25,546 bases of DNA from a virus (lineage: Duplodnaviria; Caudoviricetes): positions 1 to 25,546 of the IMG/VR virus record IMGVR_UViG_3300044724_000487; one strand, given 5' to 3'. Under the pieces are notes generated by a model. The model did not search any database and had not been told where the DNA came from. It saw nothing but the letters and a program-made list of their open reading frames with translations. The translations under genes and the position numbers were made by a program. Below, one piece after another: positions 1 through 7,148 of the stretch; within the stretch, counting starts at the first letter, position 1; each line of letters opens with the position of its first letter.

Positions 1-139
1 GCTTTATTGCTTTTTTAACTTCCGCATAACTTATTTCGTCGTTATTCTCTTTAAGTCTATCTAACAAATCAAATAATATAAAATATATATCTTTTGCTTG
101 TAGATATCTTTTATCGTCTAATATATTTACTGACTTCAT
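1..139 (-). CDS. Hypothetical protein, 5' part only (runs off the left edge); not in ORF track
   Basis: ATG at 139-137 overlaps the TGA of the upstream gene (ATGA). GGAGGA SD lies just upstream. The frame MKSVNILDDKRYLQAKDIYF... stays open to base 1. Confidence 0.7.
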   Translation of the reverse strand, partial: MKSVNILDDKRYLQAKDIYFILFDLLDRLKENNDEISYAEVKKAIK

Positions 140-459
140 TCTTCCTCCAATTCAAAGTCTGACCAGTCTCTACATTCGCTACATATAGCAACGCCTATGT
201 CTCCGTCTTCTACTAATTCTGTTATAGCGCTACCACCACAACAAGTAGACATCCAAACTTTATCGTCTCTATCTATTATCTGCATAATACCTTCTTCGTG
301 TTCAATCATTTTATCCTCGCATTGTTCACATTGTTTAATATAAATTTTTGGCTCGTCGCCGTCGCAGGCATTCCCGCAGTCGCATTGGACTGCAGGAGTA
401 TATATGCCGTACTTGTCTGCATATTCTTTAGTTGACAAAAATAGTAAATAGTCGCTCAT
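136..459 (-). CDS. Small acidic Cys-rich (probable Zn-binding) hypothetical protein
   Basis: 107 aa with CDCGNAC, CEQC, CCGG and CSEC motifs; SD AAGGAG upstream of the ATG. Confidence 0.8.
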   Translation of the reverse strand: MSDYLLFLSTKEYADKYGIYTPAVQCDCGNACDGDEPKIYIKQCEQCEDKMIEHEEGIMQIIDRDDKVWMSTCCGGSAITELVEDGDIGVAICSECRDWSDFELEEE

Positions 460-490
460 ATACAGACTCCTTTTTGTTGCTTACAAAACT

Positions 491-604
491 TTATGACAGA
501 CAGAGGCGCCAACCTATAAACGTTGCTGAAAGTAGGTATACAAAATTTGTATACTGCTATTCCTTTATCTAGCTTAAATTGTTTACTTAATCTGTCTGCC
601 ATAA
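491..604 (-). ncRNA. Candidate structured RNA or 5' leader: 14-bp closing stem enclosing 3-4 hairpins
   Basis: 491-504 TTATGACAGACAGA and 591-604 TCTGTCTGCCATAA form a 13/14 inverted repeat whose mismatch is G-U on the minus strand. Inner hairpins at 574-590, 556-573 and 536-554. It begins at the predicted TSS of the 608-636 promoter. Confidence 0.5.
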
Positions 605-607
605 TTC

Positions 608-636
608 AATATAATAATAATTTTTAAAAAAAGCAA
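608..636 (-). promoter_or_regulatory. Sigma70-type promoter
   Basis: Minus strand TTGCTT (636-631), 17-bp spacer, TATATT (613-608), with AT-rich upstream DNA; predicted TSS about 601-602. Confidence 0.65.
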
Positions 637-689
637 ATTTTATATCCAGCTATTCAGCTAGTGTTATATATATTTATAAAAAAAATTTT

Positions 690-771
690 TATAGACGTAA
701 AAAAGAAACCGACGATGTTAATGTTTTTAGTTAATATATTAATATATATCAGTATCTTAATTACGTCTATA
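690..771. repeat. 11-bp perfect inverted repeat TATAGACGTAA / TTACGTCTATA
   Basis: Arms at 690-700 and 761-771, in intergenic DNA upstream of the 608-636 promoter. Confidence 0.6.
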
Positions 772-822
772 TTACCTTAGTCTTCGAGGTTTCATTCTTT
801 CTAAGCCCTAAGGTTTTGTCTA

Positions 823-2829
823 CTAAAAGGGAAGGACACCCAGTCGTTCTTCCACTTCTCGTATCTGCTCTCTATATATCTCTACAAGTCTATTGTCTTC
901 AGACGTGTAGGTTATACTTGAACGTTGACTAGCATTTACGTACTCGTCAACTGGTCTACAAATGTAGTCTAAGACATCTTTTGTTTGGAAGTTATACAAC
1001 CAATCAAAGCGACTTAAACCACGTCTAGTTTGTACTTGATTCCAATATTTGAGTCTATTTCTAGAGTCTCCAACTTTGATGAACTCTTGCGTAAGAGTGT
1101 CGAAGTCGTACCAATCTGTAACTTTACCATAACAACGATTTAAGTGGTTACAGTCAAAGTATCTATCGTTACGTCTATCATAGTATCTATTGTAATAGTA
1201 GTCTCTTGTAGACTTTGGTATACTAAATAAGTCCATCATTGCATTAAACGTCAATGCTCTATTCTTCTCTGCAAAAATTACTGACCTATATCCATAGGCG
1301 TAGACCAGAGAGTAAAAGCTGACCTTAGTGTCAAGTCTGTGAAAGTCTCTTAACTTACGATATAATATATGTAAGTCTGGTGTAGACTTCACAAAATGAT
1401 AGTCTTTTAAGACTTCCATGTCGTACTTATTTAGTAGCTGTTTTTCGACGTCTGACAACGGACATTTATCTTCTCTTAAAAGAGAGTCTCGAAAATTAGA
1501 CATAGCCATAGAGACTTTACTCTTTACTATTTCTTCGCCTATTTCGTATGCCTTATCAAAGACTTGAGTCCAAAATATTACCCAATGTTTGATTTTGTCT
1601 GGATTCAAAGTACCACTATGATATCTGATTTCCGTCCCTTGCTTTGCATAAAAATGACAATGCAAGTTCAGTCCGTGATATCTTTTTTCGTGATACTTTT
1701 CGTCGTAGTAAGCACCTGAGTCGTACCAAGTGTCTATGAAGTCATTTCTTCCGTAGACGTGAGTCAAGTGTCCCAAGCTTTGTGATACCGATTGAGACCA
1801 ACGACTATTACGTCTGCTACTTGGTAGCCACGCATAGACGTGAGGCTCAATCATTTTCACAAGTGAACTAAGGACGCTAAAATGTATATAGTCATAATCG
1901 CTTGTGTCTACATGTAAATGCAGACCGCAATTTTGACTAACATAAGCACCTTCGTCTGAAAGAGCTTTACACATAGTACGAATGTCTGCGTCTATAATGT
2001 CTCCACGTCTTGGAGATGTAACGACTTCTACACCAAACGGGTGATTGGAACTCGTTACAGAGGAATCACTTACGACGCTAAATCCGTATTCTCCATGTTC
2101 CCAAGGACGATACCTTTGCTTATACCATTTAGTATGTCTTGACTTATGAAGAGCTTTAGACACTATTTCGTGTACGGCGTTTCTATGACTATCGTAGTCT
2201 GACCATATTTGCTGGTCTAAGTTAATTTCCAACTCTAAGCCGACATTACGTTTACTTTTAATAATGTCGTAAGAGTCTTTCATCCACTTACTAGCGTTCT
2301 TCTTGCTTCTTGACCTATAGTCTAACATCTCAGGGTCTGTCTGCTTGACGATTTTTCCGTCGTGCATACTATACCCAGACATTACTGGTGTTATGAAGTC
2401 ATTTCTTGTCTTTACAAACTCGTTAGACATAACTTCCCATTCGACGTCATCATGACTGCTGTCGTAACAACTTTCACAATTATAATAGTCGGTTCTGTCG
2501 TTCCAGACCATATCGTCTCTGTCGCAAGTGTCTCCACATTCCGAGCAATCGTCGTAACTGTCTTCGTAACAAGCATTGCAAATTGGATTACCATAAGTAT
2601 TATTTTGTGCGTCGTCGCTTCGAGTCTCCTCTCCGCAATCGTCGCAACTTATATAAAGTTCGTCATAGCATTCCTCGCAATGAGCATCTCCGTCATTGTT
2701 AAATGACGTGTCTACTTCGTCCACAGACACTGAACATTCTACGCAGTCGTTTAAGATATCGACTTCGTTGTCCAAAGCGTGATTGACTTCGTCGTTATTA
2801 CTTCTGAACTCAGGAGGCATCTTCGACAC
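823..2829 (-). CDS. COOH-NH2 amidoligase (Amidoligase_2 / glutamate-cysteine-ligase-like fold) with N-terminal tandem Zn-finger repeats
   Basis: Ordered motifs GLELE, DSSV, VEVVTSP, CGLHLHV, RYHGLN, EIRYHSGTL. N-terminal CVEC/CEECY/CDDC/CNACY/CSEC/CESCY. Adjacent to a GATase. True start may be the ATG at 2820 (AAGGTG upstream) rather than the GTG at 2829. Confidence 0.85.
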   Translation of the reverse strand: MSKMPPEFRSNNDEVNHALDNEVDILNDCVECSVSVDEVDTSFNNDGDAHCEECYDELYISCDDCGEETRSDDAQNNTYGNPICNACYEDSYDDCSECGDTCDRDDMVWNDRTDYYNCESCYDSSHDDVEWEVMSNEFVKTRNDFITPVMSGYSMHDGKIVKQTDPEMLDYRSRSKKNASKWMKDSYDIIKSKRNVGLELEINLDQQIWSDYDSHRNAVHEIVSKALHKSRHTKWYKQRYRPWEHGEYGFSVVSDSSVTSSNHPFGVEVVTSPRRGDIIDADIRTMCKALSDEGAYVSQNCGLHLHVDTSDYDYIHFSVLSSLVKMIEPHVYAWLPSSRRNSRWSQSVSQSLGHLTHVYGRNDFIDTWYDSGAYYDEKYHEKRYHGLNLHCHFYAKQGTEIRYHSGTLNPDKIKHWVIFWTQVFDKAYEIGEEIVKSKVSMAMSNFRDSLLREDKCPLSDVEKQLLNKYDMEVLKDYHFVKSTPDLHILYRKLRDFHRLDTKVSFYSLVYAYGYRSVIFAEKNRALTFNAMMDLFSIPKSTRDYYYNRYYDRRNDRYFDCNHLNRCYGKVTDWYDFDTLTQEFIKVGDSRNRLKYWNQVQTRRGLSRFDWLYNFQTKDVLDYICRPVDEYVNASQRSSITYTSEDNRLVEIYREQIREVEERLGVLPF

Positions 2830-3952
2830 CTTCCGAGAATTCGTCTATCATAAGTTCGTCGTCTTCAGGGCTAAACATATTCATTTGTCCCATATTGCTT
2901 ACCACAGACTCAGGGATAACCCTTCCGTCTATAGTGCAATACATCCAAACACCTTCTTCAGAGTCGAAAAACCACTGTTCTGGACTACCTCCGTATATAG
3001 TCGCAAGATTGTCTTGTTCGTCTGCATACCAATTAGAGTCTTTCCAGTCGTCTGGTAGTATAGCATAATCGTTCGCTAGTTCCCACTCTGTATTGCCACT
3101 AATAGTATACGACGTATCTTCAGCATTGTCTTGCTCTGTCCATGCGGACGTAGTGTACGAATTTGTCTTAATATATTGATAGTTATTAAGACCATAGTTG
3201 TAGACTCTTGAATCGTATTTGAATTTAGTCTTTGTCGGATTACTACCTTCTTTGTCAAACTTAGTAATGTCGTAGCTATATAGATTATTTCTATTTAGTT
3301 TAACGACATTGATATCCTTTTCGTCTAACTCTGTAAATAAAAATAGAGGTTGTTCGACGAAGTCTTGTTCTGACGCAAAAAACAAAGTCTCTAAATGTTT
3401 AACGTAAGCAACATATAAAGGTCTATTGGTTTCTCGACACAAGTTCAAGACGTTAGGGTTATCTTTGACAAAAGCCAAAGCAAAGTCGCTGTCGAAATTT
3501 TTAATAGCTGATTGAAAATCGTCGTTTAAGTCTATTGCCCTAAATATTAATTGGCTATCGACGGGACAATTTTTGTTCAGTTTCTTTTCCATTTCGTCTA
3601 TATTATATACGCAACCATTATGAGCACCAACGACGTTGCCTACTCTAAACGGGTGTGCATTTTCCTTAGTAATACTACCAGCAGTCGCGTATCTAGTATG
3701 TCCTATAACAATACGGACGTCATTACGTAGACCTTTGATTACTGAATTGTATTCTTTGGTATCGACAAACTTTGTGCTTTCAAGTAGTGATTTATGTATT
3801 ACGGCTTCATTACCGACGCCTGCTATACCAGACGAGTGAGACCCACGGACTTCAGAGTCCATAGCCATCATACGCATTATGCGTCTGACTTCATCCCAGT
3901 CGTTTTGAGTATAAGGTCGTTGGCTCTTAGCCATTCCATATATTCCACACAT
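2810..3952 (-). CDS. Class II (Ntn) glutamine amidotransferase with acidic C-terminal extension
   Basis: N-terminal MCGIYG nucleophile, then GHTRYAT, NAHPF, AHNG and VDS motifs; SD AGGAG. Confidence 0.92.
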   Translation of the reverse strand: MCGIYGMAKSQRPYTQNDWDEVRRIMRMMAMDSEVRGSHSSGIAGVGNEAVIHKSLLESTKFVDTKEYNSVIKGLRNDVRIVIGHTRYATAGSITKENAHPFRVGNVVGAHNGCVYNIDEMEKKLNKNCPVDSQLIFRAIDLNDDFQSAIKNFDSDFALAFVKDNPNVLNLCRETNRPLYVAYVKHLETLFFASEQDFVEQPLFLFTELDEKDINVVKLNRNNLYSYDITKFDKEGSNPTKTKFKYDSRVYNYGLNNYQYIKTNSYTTSAWTEQDNAEDTSYTISGNTEWELANDYAILPDDWKDSNWYADEQDNLATIYGGSPEQWFFDSEEGVWMYCTIDGRVIPESVVSNMGQMNMFSPEDDELMIDEFSEGVEDAS

Positions 3953-3983
3953 AGTCTATTCTCCTGTTCTTTTGTTAACGTTC

Positions 3984-4086
3984 TCGCTACGTCCGACCTG
4001 TCGTAGCGACCTAAAATTCTTTGTAGACAACGCCCTGCTATAAAGGACGTTCAATGAGTAATAAAAAATGCAGGGCTTATTGTCTA
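3984..4086 (-). promoter_or_regulatory. Two stem-loops in the GATase leader
   Basis: TCGCTACG/CGTAGCGA (3984-3991/4002-4009). TAGACAA/TTGTCTA plus GCCCTGC/GCAGGGC (4024-4038/4070-4086). Confidence 0.5.
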
Positions 4087-4101
4087 TTCTATTCATATCG
4101 T

Positions 4102-4428
4102 CTATCTGTAAGAGTCCTTGCCAAGTTCATATATAACTTCTGTAAGCATTTGTCGTACTTCTCTAGTATGTTTTTTATATATGCTATCAACGTCTAATAG
4201 GGTTTCAACTACTCTAGCAAATTTAGACTCTAATGTATTGAGTCTAAGATTTGAGACATTATGTTTATTGTAGAAGGTTGAGATTGCAGACTTCAACTCT
4301 ATAGTCTTAGTACGCAGTCTTTCGACCTCTCTATCTAGCTGGTCGATTTCTAATTTTGTGTCTATGTTTACCATTAGTCTACCTTTCTTAGTTATGACGC
4401 TAATCTTATTTAGCGTCTTTGTTTTCAT
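4102..4428 (-). CDS. Hypothetical coiled-coil protein
   Basis: 108 aa with a heptad-like helix (LEIDQLDREVERLRTKTIELK); overlaps the end of the upstream gene. Confidence 0.7.
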   Translation of the reverse strand: MKTKTLNKISVITKKGRLMVNIDTKLEIDQLDREVERLRTKTIELKSAISTFYNKHNVSNLRLNTLESKFARVVETLLDVDSIYKKHTREVRQMLTEVIYELGKDSYR

Positions 4429-4876
4429 ATCCTAGTCGTTCGTGCTTGTTAGCTAATCTAACGTGTTTACGACTAGCTTTGTCTAGTATGTCGCCATACC
4501 AATCAAGTCTTGTATTACGCTCTTTTGTCGTATCTTTAAACCAATCATCAAACTCTAGTCTGTTGATTGTTGTCGCAGTAGCAAATTTAGACTTTGCTAT
4601 TTCTACTGAAAATCGGTGATTAAGTCTGTGCATTTTAAATGCGACGTTCTTAATAAACCAATGTACATCTTTCATTGACGTCGCTTCGTGTAGCATTTCG
4701 TCGTTTACAAAGTGGTTATAAATGATTACATTCCACGTCTTTTGTTCGTTGTCGTTAGGGACAACATATACTGAAATACTACGTGGCAACGTCTCAATTT
4801 TTATTGTTTCGTAGACTTTGTGTTTATGTCCGCAAGAACATTCACACGTCTTTGAAGTTGTTATTGTGTCGCTCAT
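4406..4876 (-). CDS. Hypothetical protein, first gene of the leftward operon
   Basis: 156 aa with N-terminal CECSCGHKH; GGGA SD; promoter upstream. Confidence 0.75.
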   Translation of the reverse strand: MSDTITTSKTCECSCGHKHKVYETIKIETLPRSISVYVVPNDNEQKTWNVIIYNHFVNDEMLHEATSMKDVHWFIKNVAFKMHRLNHRFSVEIAKSKFATATTINRLEFDDWFKDTTKERNTRLDWYGDILDKASRKHVRLANKHERLGYENKDAK

Positions 4877-4924
4877 TGTTTCCCGTCGTTTATTTGTTTA
4901 TATATAGGTATTATAACCCGTTTT

Positions 4925-4953
4925 AAATTATCATTTTATATTGAATAAAACAA
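4925..4953 (-). promoter_or_regulatory. Sigma70-type promoter with extended -10
   Basis: Minus strand TTGTTT (4953-4948), 17-bp spacer ending TGA, TAATTT (4930-4925). Confidence 0.5.
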
Positions 4954-5188
4954 ATAAAAATTTATAGAGATAAACCCTCAATTTTTTTGTTTATCTATCT
5001 AGCTAATCGAAAAAATTTTATAAAATATGCGACGTTATTTTGTAGACAATTCTTAAGATTCTACAAATTTTAATGTTTGCTATGTGTTTTATAATGTGTA
5101 TTTGATTTAGACGTATTATTTGGACTTTTACGGATTTATGTCTATATTCACTTAATTAATAATAATCAATTACAAAGGAGTAATTAAA

Positions 5189-5614
5189 ATGAGTATAAAA
5201 AATAAAAGTAATGATGTAGTAAATCCCGAGATAGCAAAAGTATCAAGGGAGTATTTTAATAGCCAAATGGACAAGTTTGAAGAGCAGGGCGAGAAGTTTA
5301 AATTAAAGCCCGAAGTAGTCCAGAGTATGAAAGATGACTTTGCAAGTACGCACGCTATTAAAGGTACGAAATTAGATTCACACTTAATAAGATTAGGCAA
5401 TGTAGATGAAAAATATAAAAAGTTCATTTCTGGTACATTAGACGAACTTTTAGATTTTAATCTATTGCTTATCGTTGACGGGGTTAAACTATCCCGTAAA
5501 AAAAGAAATTCAACAATAGAAACTGAAGGAGTTCCCCAATTAAAGTTAGTTGTTGAAGTTGTTGATGAAGATAAACTTGATAGCAAAAGAGAGGAGTTGA
5601 AGGCACAGGCATAG
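5189..5614 (+). CDS. Hypothetical protein, monocistronic
   Basis: 141 aa; AAGGAG SD; TATATT at 5143-5148 as a possible -10; followed by a terminator. Confidence 0.8.
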   Translation: MSIKNKSNDVVNPEIAKVSREYFNSQMDKFEEQGEKFKLKPEVVQSMKDDFASTHAIKGTKLDSHLIRLGNVDEKYKKFISGTLDELLDFNLLLIVDGVKLSRKKRNSTIETEGVPQLKLVVEVVDEDKLDSKREELKAQA

Positions 5615-5646
5615 TATATATATAATCAGTTAGTATATATCACAAT

Positions 5647-5679
5647 GACGGCGATTCTTCTTAGGTCGCCGTTTTTGTT
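5647..5679 (+). terminator. Rho-independent terminator
   Basis: GACGGCGA / TCGCCGTT stem followed by a T-rich tail, about 30 nt after the stop of 5189-5614. Confidence 0.8.
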
Positions 5680-5780
5680 ATATGTCTATATCTAGCAAGG
5701 TAGATAACTATTAATGAGATTCAGCTATTGTATTTTTGGAAAGTATTTTGAAAGGGCGATTTATCTCTAAAATTGCAAGA

Positions 5781-5808
5781 TTTGCGCATAATATATATTA
5801 TGTATAAT
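5781..5808 (+). other. dif: XerC/XerD dif-like recombination site 1
   Basis: TTTGCGCATAA-TATATA-TTATGTATAAT versus E. coli dif GGTGCGCATAA-TGTATA-TTATGTTAAAT; same 11-6-11 layout, 23/28 identical. Confidence 0.75.
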
Positions 5809-5811
5809 TGA

Positions 5812-5839
5812 AATACGTATAATAAAGATTATGTATAAT
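5812..5839 (+). other. dif: XerC/XerD dif-like recombination site 2
   Basis: AATACGTATAA-TAAAGA-TTATGTATAAT; XerD-side arm identical to site 1, CGTATAA-type XerC-side arm, different spacer. Confidence 0.7.
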
Positions 5840-6070
5840 CCAAACCCCTCTTAGGATTTTTAAGCTTCCCCTTCCCTTTTTGGAATTTTCAACCTAATTT
5901 TAGAATTTCTAATTGGAAAAAGACCGCACCCCATATTGGAAAAAAAGAAGCGAACACAATAATGTGCAATTTTTCAACCAAGTGCGGCGGTTTGGCTTTT
6001 TTTGTATAATATTATTTTTTTTGTGGGTTGTAAAAAATTTTCGGCGGTAAAATTGAGGAAGAGGGTCTCT

Positions 6071-6136
6071 AGAGCACCGAGTATTATTTAAGAAATAGAT
6101 TTAATAAGTATATTTTTATAAGAGCACCGAGTATTA
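6071..6136. repeat. 16-bp perfect direct repeat AGAGCACCGAGTATTA, two copies
   Basis: Copies at 6071-6086 and 6121-6136, separated by 34 very AT-rich bases. Confidence 0.85.
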
Positions 6137-6220
6137 GAAAGTACGAAGAAAAGTTTTTTTCTGTCAAGATATTTCTTACCTGTTGTTAAAGATTTATTTT
6201 TATTTATTTGTATTATTTAC

Positions 6221-6250
6221 TTGACTGCTGTAAGAAAATGAATGTAAGTT
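6221..6250 (+). promoter_or_regulatory. Possible promoter for the rightward operon
   Basis: TTGACT, 18-bp spacer, TAAGTT; about 60 bp upstream of the ATG at 6313. Confidence 0.4.
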
Positions 6251-6312
6251 GCATACACAAAAGATAAACGTACATATTTTTATGTACACATTTACTAACT
6301 GGGAGAGTAAAT

Positions 6313-6612
6313 ATGATTAGAAAGTTAAAAATTGGTGGTCATCCGTATGAAATATTGGTTTCAGACCTAAAACATGAAGACCCAACAAAAGAATTGTACG
6401 GTAGACACGAGGTAAGAGAGAATATTATATACATAAACGATACTATAGCACCTTCTAGAATGGAAGAAACACTTATACACGAGGTTTTACACGCTATTTT
6501 CTATAATAATGGCTTAGAACACGATGAAAGACAGATAGAAGCTATTAGTAATGGTTTATTTCAGCTAGGAATAGGAGATTATCTGTGGAAGAAATCAGAA
6601 AAGCAATCTTAA
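6313..6612 (+). CDS. Small zincin (HEXXH) metallopeptidase-like protein, ImmA/IrrE-like
   Basis: ETLIHEVLHAI motif plus downstream Glu (HDERQIE); GGGAG SD. Confidence 0.8.
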   Translation: MIRKLKIGGHPYEILVSDLKHEDPTKELYGRHEVRENIIYINDTIAPSRMEETLIHEVLHAIFYNNGLEHDERQIEAISNGLFQLGIGDYLWKKSEKQS

Positions 6613-6770
6613 AATTCAAAAGTCTAGGTAGAACTGATATTGTGCAGAAATTGCAACAAGAATTAGATGCTCTTGAAAAAATAAATAAAAAGCTAGATTG
6701 GAAAAGGTATGAAAAATTATTAAGAGAGCAGGAAGATAGGCCTGATAAGGAAGATTTCTACAAAGAATGA
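6585..6770 (+). CDS. Hypothetical protein
   Basis: 61 aa, GTG start with AGGAG SD; ATGA overlap with the next gene. Confidence 0.7.
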   Translation: MEEIRKAILKFKSLGRTDIVQKLQQELDALEKINKKLDWKRYEKLLREQEDRPDKEDFYKE

Positions 6771-6955
6771 GAAAAAGGTTAACTACGGGATTAAAAGAAT
6801 ATGATAAGTTTTCAGCTTATACAAACCCTGAAGGTGTAGAAGAAGCAAAAGAGGTAGAAGCTTTGTTACACTATGACCTAGATAGAGAAGATAAGATAAT
6901 CGACGAGATGTTTGTAGATACGCCGTCATATAAAAGGAAAAAGAATGACAAATAA
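6767..6955 (+). CDS. Hypothetical protein
   Basis: 62 aa, tiled between neighbours with short overlaps. Confidence 0.65.
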   Translation: MRKRLTTGLKEYDKFSAYTNPEGVEEAKEVEALLHYDLDREDKIIDEMFVDTPSYKRKKNDK

Positions 6956-7148
6956 CGACCAAATACTAAGCATGATAAAAGAGAGGCTTGACATCGGCGC
7001 CAAAAAATACGGCGAACAAGTGCCGATTGACGGAACGCGTGACAATCTGAAAGAGAGCATTGAGGAATTATTAGACCTTTGTGTTTATTTATCTGCTGTT
7101 GCGTTAGAATTACATAAAAATTATACTAATAATGAAAGAGGCAAGTAA
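6945..7148 (+). CDS. Small all-alpha MazG/NTP-pyrophosphatase-like protein
   Basis: R...G..KYG followed by the acidic motif ESIEELLDLCVY. Confidence 0.55.
   Translation: MTNNDQILSMIKERLDIGAKKYGEQVPIDGTRDNLKESIEELLDLCVYLSAVALELHKNYTNNERGK

Noticed and set aside
491-604. tRNA call for the multibranched element
   Set aside because: Stem and loop sizes do not fit; no T-loop (TTCRA), no 7-nt anticodon loop and no CCA end.
3953-4101. glmS ribozyme or glutamine riboswitch upstream of the GATase
   Set aside because: I could not find their conserved cores on the coding strand, and the GATase has no GlmS sugar-isomerase domains.
2362-4619. Plus-strand and alternate-frame ORFs over the early genes (2362-2706, 2412-2594, 2783-3058, 3076-3258, 3636-3839, 3794-4006, 4419-4619)
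   Set aside because: They lie within or opposite genes with clear motifs or operon context, lack SDs, and look like shadow frames.
6071-6136. Mini-CRISPR array or tracrRNA (GCACCGAGT recalls the SpCas9 tracrRNA tail)
   Set aside because: Only two 16-bp copies, shorter than CRISPR repeats; no complementary CGGTGC arm and no cas genes.
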